Source of the DNA: a virus
Lineage: Duplodnaviria; Heunggongvirae; Uroviricota; Caudoviricetes
IMG/VR virus record: IMGVR_UViG_3300028666_000024
Location: 1-64,000 of that record
Strand: one strand, 5' to 3'
DNA: 64,000 bases
The position numbers were made by a program, and so were the translations under genes. Shown one piece after another: positions 16,919 to 26,912 of this stretch. The notes under the pieces are model-generated. The model had not been told where the DNA came from. It saw only the letters and a program-made list of their open reading frames with translations, and did no database searches. Every line of letters starts with the position of its first letter. The stretch's first letter is position 1.

Positions 16919-18307
16919 TTACTTAGTTGAATTCTCCCGCACCTGATCAAAGGTCATATCCCTAATCAACTTTCCATTTTCAAATACAACTTCGAGAATG
17001 TCAACACCTTCAGAAGATTCAGAAACAGTTTTAAAACCTTCGGAAGTTTTGATAAGTTTCAGACGACCTCTTTTGCTTGCCTTCGTCTTATCCTTCGGGT
17101 CTTTGTAAATATCATACCAGATTCCATTACGACATTGAGCGGAAGACTTGAAAGCAAAACGCATAGTGTCCCTGTTGATCTTCTGAAGAAGTCCACCACC
17201 CATACCATAGGGATAAACACATTCGACAGACCATCCATTTACAACCAGAGCATCAAGAATCTCATTAATCTTTTCAATATCAAGACCATCACCCCAAAGA
17301 ATACCTATCTTCTGGTTAATGACTTTGAAACCTTTCTTGTTGACAAAACCTCCAAAGTTCTTGTAAACTGAATCGAGAATCTTCAGAATGCCAGTAACAG
17401 GGTCTCCACTATCAGGACGGATAACAAACCTACCGGGACGAGCAAGAATTTCATCTTTTAAAATTTTTCCATAATATTCATCAACACATCTGTCAATGTC
17501 ATAAGAATCACTTACAACACTAAGAATACCACTTGGAAATTTTTTAATAAGATTTTTGATTATTTCAAGTTCCCCTGCCGGACCAAATGCTGTCATAACA
17601 CTATGCTCGGCAGCAACAACAGAAAATGCAAGAGTGTTAAGATTTGCTTTATAATACTCCATTGCATAGTCTATTGCAGCTATTGTATCTGTCCCTTTAA
17701 AATTAACTAGGTGAGCCATACCACCCATACCGGCAGACTCAACAGAAGACACCCCCCTAAAACCAAAATCATGCAACATAAAATCCAACCCACCAAAATT
17801 ATCACCATCTTCACAAGTTACATTAAGATAACTCTTCAACATCTTTTTCACTTCAAAAGAGAGAGTTGATACTGTTGAAGAAAACCACACATGAGAAATC
17901 AAACTTTCTAGGTGGTTAGTCAACCACGCACATTTAGGATCTGTATTCTCAACTGTTAAGAGAACATTAGAAACAGGAACAACTAATCCTTCGGGAATAG
18001 CTTTAATTTTTATTGGTAATCTTCCACTATATTTTTCAAGAATATAATCCCATCGTTCCCGACAAAAAATACTACTATCTCCAAAATGAATTGCTGCTAT
18101 CTTTTCAGCAATATTAATTTTTTCTTTTGTAATAACAACACCTTCGAGATATTTCTTAATAATTGCTTGAAGACCAAAGAATAATACAGAGTCCCATTTT
18201 GATCCTTTTCTCGACTCAAAGTAACTATAAACATATTCAGTGTTTTTGGGATATTGAAGATGATGACTCCATTTATAAGAGTCAGATAAATTAATAATAT
18301 TTTCCAT
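16919..18307 (-). CDS. nadV: nicotinamide phosphoribosyltransferase (NAMPT/NadV)
   Basis: Family-typical length and motifs (FGFRGVSS, KGTDTIAAIDYAMEYY). Confidence 0.8.
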   Translation of the reverse strand: MENIINLSDSYKWSHHLQYPKNTEYVYSYFESRKGSKWDSVLFFGLQAIIKKYLEGVVITKEKINIAEKIAAIHFGDSSIFCRERWDYILEKYSGRLPIKIKAIPEGLVVPVSNVLLTVENTDPKCAWLTNHLESLISHVWFSSTVSTLSFEVKKMLKSYLNVTCEDGDNFGGLDFMLHDFGFRGVSSVESAGMGGMAHLVNFKGTDTIAAIDYAMEYYKANLNTLAFSVVAAEHSVMTAFGPAGELEIIKNLIKKFPSGILSVVSDSYDIDRCVDEYYGKILKDEILARPGRFVIRPDSGDPVTGILKILDSVYKNFGGFVNKKGFKVINQKIGILWGDGLDIEKINEILDALVVNGWSVECVYPYGMGGGLLQKINRDTMRFAFKSSAQCRNGIWYDIYKDPKDKTKASKRGRLKLIKTSEGFKTVSESSEGVDILEVVFENGKLIRDMTFDQVRENSTK

Positions 18308-18382
18308 AATTCACCTCTTTCTTAAAAGTTGTTTATATTATATAACTTTATTAACCACTTTTTCCAATCTTCAATTGACATT

Positions 18383-19456
18383 TCAAGTATACCTAAGAAA
18401 ATAATTCAAAATGTGAACGTGATCATCATGGAATTGTTCTTCATTGTTGTAAATATCATTGAACGGCATCCAGAAAGCTTCACTTGCATCATCAGCACCT
18501 TTAACATTAGGAAGAGGTCTGTCTCCGTCAAGTTCAATAAAATATGCATGAGTAATAGAACGACCAAGTACAGAACGGTTTGGATGATCAAAAACCTTAG
18601 AACTTCTTATCTTGCTTCGGAGATAGTCATGTTGCTCTACAATTTGAGTTTCTTCATAAAGTTCCCGAAGCATACTATCTTCAATGGTTTCTGTAATACC
18701 AAGATATCCTCCCGGCAGTGCAAGTTTTCCATTACCAATAACACCACCGCGCCTGACAACAAGAAGATGTCCAGCCTGAACCACGATAGCATCAGTTGTT
18801 ACAAGAGTAGGAGCGAAAGGAGCACTGGTCCACTTCGCTTTGTAATCTTTGATATATGCATACTCTTGACAAAGTTTAGAATATTCCGAAGTTTTAGAAA
18901 AATCTTCAAGAAATTTTAAAACAGGTTTTGAAACAAGTTTAGAATCTTCAATCTCTTTAATCTTAACACAACCAGTTGGAGAGAGTTCAAAATATAAATC
19001 CCTAACATCAGTTGCATTGACAATCTTACCATCAACCTTTACTGCTAATTGTTCATTAAGATAATATTGAGGAAACCATTTCAAATATCGGGAACTCTGA
19101 TCTTTAAAGTGACCGATAAGTACAACCTTTGAATTATTACCAGTAACTCTACGAATCTCATTCTGAAGAGAGGAGATCCAGCAATTATCATCATAAGGAC
19201 TATCTCTCAGGGGAACAGTGATTAGATCAAACAAATTTTTATCAATCTCCTTCAGTTGTTCATTCATTGCATTACGGAGCATCTGAACACGATCCACATA
19301 ACTCCAAGGGTTCTTGATTGTCTTGGATGCTTTATGAGAACCAAAAACAACTATAACCTTGTTAGCTAACTTGAAACCTTCCATGATAAGTTTCTCATGT
19401 GCAACAGTCAAAGGTTCTGCACGAAGGATGAATACTGTGTAGTCTGCCTTACTCAT
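18383..19456 (-). CDS. natV: bifunctional NMN adenylyltransferase / Nudix ADP-ribose pyrophosphatase (NadM/NatV-like)
   Basis: N-terminal cytidylyltransferase-like domain (VFILRAEPLTVAHEK) plus C-terminal Nudix box (GGYLGITETIEDSMLRELYEETQI). Confidence 0.75.
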   Translation of the reverse strand: MSKADYTVFILRAEPLTVAHEKLIMEGFKLANKVIVVFGSHKASKTIKNPWSYVDRVQMLRNAMNEQLKEIDKNLFDLITVPLRDSPYDDNCWISSLQNEIRRVTGNNSKVVLIGHFKDQSSRYLKWFPQYYLNEQLAVKVDGKIVNATDVRDLYFELSPTGCVKIKEIEDSKLVSKPVLKFLEDFSKTSEYSKLCQEYAYIKDYKAKWTSAPFAPTLVTTDAIVVQAGHLLVVRRGGVIGNGKLALPGGYLGITETIEDSMLRELYEETQIVEQHDYLRSKIRSSKVFDHPNRSVLGRSITHAYFIELDGDRPLPNVKGADDASEAFWMPFNDIYNNEEQFHDDHVHILNYFLRYT

Positions 19457-19517
19457 TAGATTTATGCTCCCTTAGAAAAAATTCAGCTTCAGCTAGTTTA
19501 CTTCTACTTATTCTCCT

Positions 19518-19787
19518 TTAAGGTTTTTCTATTATAACCCAATAACCAACAATAAATCTATTTTCCCCATTCTCTTTACCACACTCACAAACAGCCTTTA
19601 TTTTAAAGTCTGGATGTTGATAGAGCCAATGTGAAAGAGAAATTCCAAAATCATCTCTAAAACAATTTGAAAATAAATAAACTCCACAACCATAATCAAT
19701 AGGTTTTGTAAAGTCTGTTTCAGCAAAGATACTGGTAAACAACACAACAAGAATAATTAATACTTTATGTATTAGAGACATCGACAT
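19518..19787 (-). CDS. small secreted Cys-containing protein
   Basis: N-terminal signal-peptide-like hydrophobic segment. Confidence 0.4.
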   Translation of the reverse strand: MSMSLIHKVLIILVVLFTSIFAETDFTKPIDYGCGVYLFSNCFRDDFGISLSHWLYQHPDFKIKAVCECGKENGENRFIVGYWVIIEKP

Positions 19788-20940
19788 ACTCCTCATCGTT
19801 AAGTTTCAAAGCATTCATAATATACTTTTCAAGATACTTTCGACCTTTTTGAATCTCCATCATTTTAAAATAGTCTTGAAGCATTTTGATTTTTCCTTCA
19901 TAAATCAAAAACATCAAGGAAGGAAGAGTCCAGTCTTTTGCACCCGCAGCGAAAGATTTCTTATCCAAATCAAAATTTGCCGCAATACATTCATTTTGAA
20001 TCTTTGAGCAAAAATCCTTATACTTCCGTTCAATCAGACTTATCTTCTCACCAAACTCCGGGAAATACCCCTTAAACTCATCCTGCTCCCCGGAATGTAC
20101 TAAACCAACCAAAGCACGGAGAGAACGGCTTCCTGAGTCTTTGAGATGTGCTATCGAAACATACGTCGGATTCTTAATTTTAATCCGTCTGAAACTTAAT
20201 CCATCAACCTCATAGTGATTATAATCGACAGCAACATATCCCTCTTCAAGTTGCTGTAAAAGTTTAATTCTTTCAAATAGATTATTTTCAGAATTAATTT
20301 TAAAAGATTCAGGATATTTTACATCAAGAATAGACCGTGCAATATACCAAACAAAATTCTTACTACATTCAATATATGTTCCGGCATGACGCACAGTCAA
20401 TAGTGTTAATGATCTTTCTTTGTATGGTGTGATTACTTTATTATCAGGAGAAGTCAATTCAAAAACATATGTGAAATTTTTTGAAATAAACTTCCAAAAA
20501 TTTTTATACTGTTCAGAAGTTTTATAAAATAATTCTTTGAAAGTTAATTCTGAGAACGGCATCTTGGAATTATTTTCAATTACCTGTCTTGTTGCAAAGA
20601 ACCAACGATCCCGATACCAAAAAACATTAATCATACTTCCATCAATCTTCTGGAGAGCATAGGAGTTCTTATAATCAAAATCTTCTGTCTCTTGAAGAAC
20701 TTCTCCTTTGTTATAAAACCTTCGAAAAGGATATGCTATAACATTCCATGTATCAAGTTCAAGAACAATACCACGACATTCATTTACTATAGGATGATTC
20801 TTTGGTGACTCTGTTTGAGAATAATTCAAAATCACCAGAGGATAGATGGCATCTCTGTATGGATTTGCTTTGACTCCAAATTCAATTTCTAAATCTTTTA
20901 AAGTCTTACCTGAGCGAAGATATTCTTGAATTTTAAACAT
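19765..20940 (-). CDS. rnlA: RNA ligase 1 (T4 RnlA-like)
   Basis: NECRGIVLE (like T4 ALECRGIMFE) and motif I KIDGSM (like T4 KEDGSL); 391 aa. Confidence 0.8.
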   Translation of the reverse strand: MFKIQEYLRSGKTLKDLEIEFGVKANPYRDAIYPLVILNYSQTESPKNHPIVNECRGIVLELDTWNVIAYPFRRFYNKGEVLQETEDFDYKNSYALQKIDGSMINVFWYRDRWFFATRQVIENNSKMPFSELTFKELFYKTSEQYKNFWKFISKNFTYVFELTSPDNKVITPYKERSLTLLTVRHAGTYIECSKNFVWYIARSILDVKYPESFKINSENNLFERIKLLQQLEEGYVAVDYNHYEVDGLSFRRIKIKNPTYVSIAHLKDSGSRSLRALVGLVHSGEQDEFKGYFPEFGEKISLIERKYKDFCSKIQNECIAANFDLDKKSFAAGAKDWTLPSLMFLIYEGKIKMLQDYFKMMEIQKGRKYLEKYIMNALKLNDEEYVDVSNT

Positions 20941-21038
20941 TTATATGCTCCTATTTTCAAAATTAATTTTATAACATTTATAATGTCTTGAAGTTGTCAA
21001 CTTTTGCAACTGTTCTAAAGATAATTTTGAAATTTTAT

Positions 21039-21959
21039 TTACTCCAACCTATTGTCATTTTTGATTGTCAGTTTGGAGGTATCACGACTCTGGACATCTC
21101 CACCAGATAATGTATCGATTGTTAGTTTGGAGCTATGATAACTCCTGACAACTCCACCAAACACTGTATCGATTGTCAGTTTGGAGGTATCACAACTCTG
21201 GACATATCCACTAGATAATGTATTGATTGTCATTTTGGAGGTCTCAAAACTCCAGACATCTCCACCAGACAATATATCAATTGTTAGTTTGGAGGAATGA
21301 TAACTCAGGACATCTCCACCAGACAATATATCAATTGTCAGTTTGGAGGTATGATGACTCAGGACACATCCACTATATAATGTATTGATTGTCACATTGG
21401 AGGTATCAAAACTCCGGACATTTCCACCAGATAATGTATTAATTGTCAGTTTGGAGGTCTCATAACTCAGGACATCTCCACCAGACATTTTATCGATTGT
21501 CACATTGGAGGTATCATAACTCCGGACATATCCACCAGACACTGTATTGATTGTCAGTTTGGAGGTATCATAACTCCGGACATATCCACCAGATAATGTA
21601 TCAATTGTCACATTACCAGATAAAATAATCAAATTCAATTTGGTGAACTCAGCCGGAATTTTTGTATCTTTTCGAATGATATGAGTTTTCGCCCATTCGT
21701 TCATTTTATCTTGACAGGCGATTTCTGCTTCTTTGATATTAAACCATTCCGGCAGAAAATTCTGATCTGTTTTAAATATCCAATTCTCCATAGGAGTTCG
21801 ATAATCAGTATCCTTTGGAGAAATTTCTATTCGAACAAAATCAGGTGTATCTGTTTTGTCATTCAATTTATTTTCCGATATGATATCTTCATGACTATCT
21901 GAATATTTGGAAAACAAAACATCATTTTGAGTTACGATGAAAGAGGCAGAGTTACACAT
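21039..21959 (-). CDS. paralog family member 3 (11 repeats)
   Basis: Same architecture; C-terminus is NDNRLE. Confidence 0.8.
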   Translation of the reverse strand: MCNSASFIVTQNDVLFSKYSDSHEDIISENKLNDKTDTPDFVRIEISPKDTDYRTPMENWIFKTDQNFLPEWFNIKEAEIACQDKMNEWAKTHIIRKDTKIPAEFTKLNLIILSGNVTIDTLSGGYVRSYDTSKLTINTVSGGYVRSYDTSNVTIDKMSGGDVLSYETSKLTINTLSGGNVRSFDTSNVTINTLYSGCVLSHHTSKLTIDILSGGDVLSYHSSKLTIDILSGGDVWSFETSKMTINTLSSGYVQSCDTSKLTIDTVFGGVVRSYHSSKLTIDTLSGGDVQSRDTSKLTIKNDNRLE

Positions 21960-22061
21960 ATTGATTAATGTCCTTTTAAATAATAACCTGCTCCGAGTTG
22001 TGAGGAATCCTGATCACATTCGTAACTCAGGAGTAAAACCTCAGAGCAGGTTATTTGTTCT

Positions 22062-23723
22062 TTACTCTTCCTTCTTAGACAGACCACTGAATTGACTTGA
22101 CTTCTTGATGGGTTTCGTTATCGCCGACGCAGTTTTGAAAGCATCTGCATTGTAAACATAAACCCCACCATTGTTTGCCGAAAGATACTTCCCGCTTGCT
22201 GACTGCCGAAGAGCTGTAATCTTTTCAGCATAGGTCTTACTGATCGGAACGATATAGTTTTCACCGGCATCCTTCGGCGTGAATGGGTCTATCTCACTAT
22301 CCAATCGGTTGGCGATGTCACATGCATTTCTTATTTCTGCACCTGTCCAACCTTCATCATCAGGACGAACATCCTTGACGTTTGGATATTTCTTCAACCA
22401 TATCTCCCATATCTTTGCCCGCTCTGCTGCATTGGGAAGGTCAAAGAACCACTGCCCGAAAGTAAACCGGCGCTGGAGTTCGGGAGGAATTGCAGCAGCA
22501 CTATTACAGGAAGCAATCCAGAAGGTATTTTTTCCGGCCAAAGCCTTGATGATTGACAGGGCACGTTTAGTTCTCTCCCCGGTTTCACCGACCAAACTTC
22601 CCTTGAGAGCAGACAGGTCAAGAGTAATCGTTGGAACACCACCATAGGCACCGAGAGCAACCGAAGAAAGAGATTTTCCAGAACCAGCAGGACCGATTGC
22701 AATAGTCCCGGAACACTGCTCCTCTTCCATAAAGGTAAGCATTGCACCGAGTATCTCTTGTGAAGTACCACTGGTATCACCAACACCACCGTTTGCATAA
22801 CCGGCACCGGCGATTGACTTCTCGATTTCTTCAATCCGGATAACGGCATTGGGAGGATTTTTTCCAGTCATGATGCGCCGAGCAAATTCCTTGAAAGGAT
22901 CAAGTCCTCCGATATCTTCGGGTCTCATTCCGGACATATCGACCGTCAGACCTGCAACGCTGTTGATGGTTTGAGTCCAACGCTTGCGGAGAATCTCAGG
23001 TTCAAAACCCTTATCAGGACTGATTGACAGAGACACACTCTGTTCCGTTGCATAGGCAGACAGACCGCGAGTTGACTGAAGGGATGTCTTCGTTGCATCT
23101 GCATCAATCGTAACACCAATCTTTTCCAATTCCGCGCGAGCATCGTTCAGCGTACTGTTAATTATCTTTTCCCTTGCTTCATCATTGGGAACACCATCAT
23201 CGATTTGAAAAAGATCTTGTGAAAGAGATGGAGGAATCGTTGTTCCCTGTGCTGTGAGAAGGATAAGCAGTTTTCCACTCTGTTTGAAAATATCGCGAAG
23301 GTTTGCTATTGCCTGTTCAACCGCGACTTCCTTGAGTATACGCTGTGCTCCAAGAATACAAACAACGATTTTTGCAGGGTCGAAAGAACCCTCATCACTC
23401 TCAACCATGGTCCATTTCTTTTCGTCAAGCAGGACGTTCAGTGCATCAACCGGCTGGAGCAACATTGCCGGGATAGGAATCATTGGAGGATTGGGATCAA
23501 AGGAACCGGGATCTTTAAAGAGGATTAATTTTTCCACAACGGGTTTGCCTGATTCATTAACCGACTGATAACCCCTCACCATATCCCATGCAATGATCGG
23601 GGTTTTTGCCGACAAATTTTCGGCTATGTCCTTCAGACTGGCAAAATCATCTGAAGTATTAACTATTGCCAGCGGAACACCAACCAACCTTGCCCGTTTA
23701 ATCTCATCAATAAGGATACTCAT
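22062..23723 (-). CDS. AAA-type ATPase (553 aa), GC-rich, with atypical Walker B
   Basis: Walker A GPAGSGKS; SRH-like CNSAAAIPPELQRRF; no canonical hhhhDE motif; local GC clearly above the genome background. Confidence 0.6.
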   Translation of the reverse strand: MSILIDEIKRARLVGVPLAIVNTSDDFASLKDIAENLSAKTPIIAWDMVRGYQSVNESGKPVVEKLILFKDPGSFDPNPPMIPIPAMLLQPVDALNVLLDEKKWTMVESDEGSFDPAKIVVCILGAQRILKEVAVEQAIANLRDIFKQSGKLLILLTAQGTTIPPSLSQDLFQIDDGVPNDEAREKIINSTLNDARAELEKIGVTIDADATKTSLQSTRGLSAYATEQSVSLSISPDKGFEPEILRKRWTQTINSVAGLTVDMSGMRPEDIGGLDPFKEFARRIMTGKNPPNAVIRIEEIEKSIAGAGYANGGVGDTSGTSQEILGAMLTFMEEEQCSGTIAIGPAGSGKSLSSVALGAYGGVPTITLDLSALKGSLVGETGERTKRALSIIKALAGKNTFWIASCNSAAAIPPELQRRFTFGQWFFDLPNAAERAKIWEIWLKKYPNVKDVRPDDEGWTGAEIRNACDIANRLDSEIDPFTPKDAGENYIVPISKTYAEKITALRQSASGKYLSANNGGVYVYNADAFKTASAITKPIKKSSQFSGLSKKEE

Positions 23724-23890
23724 AACAACCTCCTGATTTTGTTTTAGTGGTGATCAATTCCTCACCCCCTTAAAATACAACATCCCGGAACTAAATGCAA
23801 GTATTTTTAAAAGAAAATTTCAAAATGTTGTGAATCTTTTTTAAAAGTTCTAACATCTTGAATTTCAAAGACTTACAAAAACTATGAATT

Positions 23891-24325
23891 TTACTGTCTG
23901 TGAGGACGAGTTTTGAAAATCTTCTTATAGAGTACACGATTCAATTTTGCGCACCAGAGTTTATCCGAGGAGATTTTTCGTTCAATCTTTGGAATGTCTT
24001 TAAGGAGTGCAAAGTAAATATCAACGAGCCAGTCATGATAGGCGATGTTATCATCAATCCTTTTTGATGCAGCATTACGCCATGTTAAGAGATCTTCCTT
24101 ATCGTGTTGGATGAGAGTCTTGTCCCTCTTATCATCAACATTTTTTTCAAGGATCTCTGGATAAGGTTTACTGAGTTCTTCATGTAAAGCAGCCATTGGT
24201 GGATTAACATTCATAGCATAAATTTCTGGATAAGGTTTACTGAGTTCTTCATGTAAAGCAGCCATTGTGACCGACCGATTATCAAATGTCTTCTTAACTA
24301 CTGTCTTGATTTTCTTCTTCGTCAT
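23891..24325 (-). CDS. hypothetical protein with duplicated 17-aa segment (PPMAALHEELSKPYPEI x2)
   Basis: ORF plus a DNA tandem duplication. Confidence 0.5.
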   Translation of the reverse strand: MTKKKIKTVVKKTFDNRSVTMAALHEELSKPYPEIYAMNVNPPMAALHEELSKPYPEILEKNVDDKRDKTLIQHDKEDLLTWRNAASKRIDDNIAYHDWLVDIYFALLKDIPKIERKISSDKLWCAKLNRVLYKKIFKTRPHRQ

Positions 24326-24362
24326 AATTGTTTACCTTTCTTAAAGTTTAAAGTGTTTGAAA

Positions 24363-25511
24363 TTAAATTTTATCTTCTGATTTTGAATCTTCTGCATCTT
24401 GTTTTAAAAGATACTCAGGGTTTACTGCCTTAAAACTAATGCTTTGATCATAAGTTCTCCACACAATGCCTTCTCTTTGGCGCTTTAACAACTTACTATC
24501 TCCAACACTCCATTTGATAATATCATCAACAGTGTCAGGAATTTGAACCTCAGTACCAAGCACAGGAACCATTTTTAAATTAAGTTGGAAGCAAATATTT
24601 CTCAACTGATCTAAGGAGTATCGTTCCCCGGTCTTGATGTTAATAATATTAAAGATGTAAAAATCCAATTGAGAAAGTTTATAAATATTTTTTTGAATTC
24701 CCGGCCCGATAACCTCTCCCTGAATTGCTAACTGAATTTTTGTCTTCTTGTAATAATCTTTCAAAATCTGTTTTAAATTATAAATCTTTGCAACCTGCGA
24801 CCAGTTAGAATTATCCCTTTCAGATTTTCTAACGTTATGAGAACAGATTCCAAATTCACTTACAAACCAGCCGAGTTTTTTAAACCACCAAGTACCGGAC
24901 TGTCCTTCTAACTTCTCAGTGAGATAATATAACTTTGACTTATCTTTGACAAGGAAAGGAAGATTCTGAATTCTCTCCTCATCTGTGCGTTTGATAAATC
25001 CCGGCCATCCTTTTGTGTTTCTGTTGCAATAATTTCTATACCATTTAAAACGTTTCAAATACTTATAGTGCCATGCTCTCTTTTTAGGAGTTGTTGTATT
25101 ACTCTCCCTATCAGATTGAGATTCATACTTTACAATTCCCATAAGTTCTGTGAGATCATCACCCTCTTTGTAAGACTTTGGAATTTTATTTCCAATCTGT
25201 TTTAAACAGTTTTCAACATTGGGAAGGGAAATAAGAAGTCCCTCACTGATTTGCTTCTTCAGTTTTATAATCTTAACACGATACTTACGAGACAACATAA
25301 AGGCAAAGTATTCAATTTTTGGAACAATGCTATCTGTTTCAATATAGAGAGCAAGATCACCAACTTTAAATTCATCCTTATTCACCACGCAGTGCCATCC
25401 CAACACTGTAACAACTTCAATTTTATCTGCACCGGGAATTGTATCAAGAGAAATAATCTTCTCAACATGTGCTAATACTCTTCCAGACTTCTCGATTATT
25501 TCTTCGCTCAT
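24363..25511 (-). CDS. RNA ligase, DraRnl/Rnl5-like, with N-terminal tRNA-binding-type OB fold
   Basis: N-terminal GADKIEVVTVLGWHCVVNKDEFKVGDLALYIE (Myf/Trbp111-like OB pattern); motif I TEKLEGQSG, motif IV EGIVWR, motif V FKAVN..LLK. Confidence 0.55.
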   Translation of the reverse strand: MSEEIIEKSGRVLAHVEKIISLDTIPGADKIEVVTVLGWHCVVNKDEFKVGDLALYIETDSIVPKIEYFAFMLSRKYRVKIIKLKKQISEGLLISLPNVENCLKQIGNKIPKSYKEGDDLTELMGIVKYESQSDRESNTTTPKKRAWHYKYLKRFKWYRNYCNRNTKGWPGFIKRTDEERIQNLPFLVKDKSKLYYLTEKLEGQSGTWWFKKLGWFVSEFGICSHNVRKSERDNSNWSQVAKIYNLKQILKDYYKKTKIQLAIQGEVIGPGIQKNIYKLSQLDFYIFNIINIKTGERYSLDQLRNICFQLNLKMVPVLGTEVQIPDTVDDIIKWSVGDSKLLKRQREGIVWRTYDQSISFKAVNPEYLLKQDAEDSKSEDKI

Positions 25512-25530
25512 AAATTCAATCCTTTCTTAT

Positions 25531-25914
25531 TTAATCGTAAAAGAAAAACTTTCTACGCTTTATAATTAATTCTTGTTTCGGTTGAATTAATTCTTGTTTC
25601 GGTTGAATTATCTTCCTGAAATATTCACTTGTATTATTATTAATCGATAACATATTCATTGTATATAGTTTAACATCAGGTAATATATTATAATATTTTC
25701 CTAATAGTGTCATTGAATAATTAAAAACTACTTGTTTATCAAATTGAATTACTGCATATGTATCATATTGAAAACGATATTCATCTTTAAGTATTCCAAC
25801 AATCATTCCAATCATTCCAACTTCAAATATTATTCTACCTCCAATTTTATTTATATTCTCGTTGTAATTTTTTATTACTTCAAGTTTATCTCCAAGGTTA
25901 TATTTATTAATCAT
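25531..25914 (-). CDS. hypothetical protein with C-terminal RRKFFFYD tail (127 aa)
   Basis: ORF; IQPKQEL x2 repeat before the tail. Confidence 0.55.
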   Translation of the reverse strand: MINKYNLGDKLEVIKNYNENINKIGGRIIFEVGMIGMIVGILKDEYRFQYDTYAVIQFDKQVVFNYSMTLLGKYYNILPDVKLYTMNMLSINNNTSEYFRKIIQPKQELIQPKQELIIKRRKFFFYD

Positions 25915-26047
25915 TTTAAATTACTTTCTGAAGTTTTTTCAATTACTTTCTGAAGTTTTTCAATTGTAATAATATAATTCATGGTAAAATCAAAAATCAA
26001 GAACTATTTGCTAAGAATTATAAATACTTTTAAAGGACTTTCAAACT

Positions 26048-26713
26048 ATGAATTTTGACGATTATCTTTCAAAAACTTTAATAAAAGAAGAATTTTATAT
26101 TGATATGAATTGGAAAAATTTAGATCATTTGCTTATGACTAATGATGCTCCGGTTGCATATAACAAACATATTCCTGTTGCTGTTAATCCTACCAAACCT
26201 GAATTTATAAAGATTGCAAAAGATTCGAGAAGTGCTTACTATCTTGATAATCGTTTGTTTCATGGTGTTCGAATTGGTGTTATTAATTTCTGGCAAAAAG
26301 ATTCCGTACCTGATATTTATGTATGGCCCGGAAGTCTTTTTCATATATCGATTTATATACATCTTAGAAATGAAAAGATTATCAGTTATAAATCTCCATT
26401 CAATTGTGATCATGCATGGGATTTCTATTTGTCATGGGATGATTCACAACCAAATACAATCTTCACTGAATATCTTGATGATGTTGAATTTTTAAATCTT
26501 CAAAATAAATCTGCTGGTGGTGATTTATATTACAAAAAATTTCAAAAGATGTTCGAAAGATTATTTCCTATACAACATATTAAATTACAATCTACTCTTG
26601 AAAATGTTCTGGTGTTTCCAAAAACTCAAACTGTAGATAATGGAATTGAATCATCAGACCTTAACGAGCCTAAGTATGCAAGTTCGATAAGAGATTTTCA
26701 TTCTGAGTATTAG
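26048..26713 (+). CDS. hypothetical protein (221 aa), opposite strand to its neighbours
   Basis: ORF. Confidence 0.5.
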   Translation: MNFDDYLSKTLIKEEFYIDMNWKNLDHLLMTNDAPVAYNKHIPVAVNPTKPEFIKIAKDSRSAYYLDNRLFHGVRIGVINFWQKDSVPDIYVWPGSLFHISIYIHLRNEKIISYKSPFNCDHAWDFYLSWDDSQPNTIFTEYLDDVEFLNLQNKSAGGDLYYKKFQKMFERLFPIQHIKLQSTLENVLVFPKTQTVDNGIESSDLNEPKYASSIRDFHSEY

Positions 26714-26912
26714 AATCATAAACATATTTAAACGAAAATATAGATTTAGTTGGTATAGTTATTGGTTGAACTCCAACTATTTCATTTGCTATTAAACAAG
26801 GATATCTTTTGTATAGGAAACATTTTTTCTCAACAGCGTAAATTAGACTGGCAAGACTATATCCTGTTATGTATTCTTTCCAAAATTTTAAAATTTTAAA
26901 TTTAAAATCCAT
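26670..26912 (-). CDS. hypothetical small protein (80 aa)
   Basis: ORF, convergent overlap with the 26048 gene. Confidence 0.3.
   Translation of the reverse strand: MDFKFKILKFWKEYITGYSLASLIYAVEKKCFLYKRYPCLIANEIVGVQPITIPTKSIFSFKYVYDSNTQNENLLSNLHT

Noticed and set aside
22279-22849. Long ORFs 22279-22647, 22394-22849 and 23254-23568 inside the AAA ATPase gene
   Set aside because: GC-rich DNA gives long spurious alternative-frame ORFs; the 553-aa frame has the ATPase motifs.
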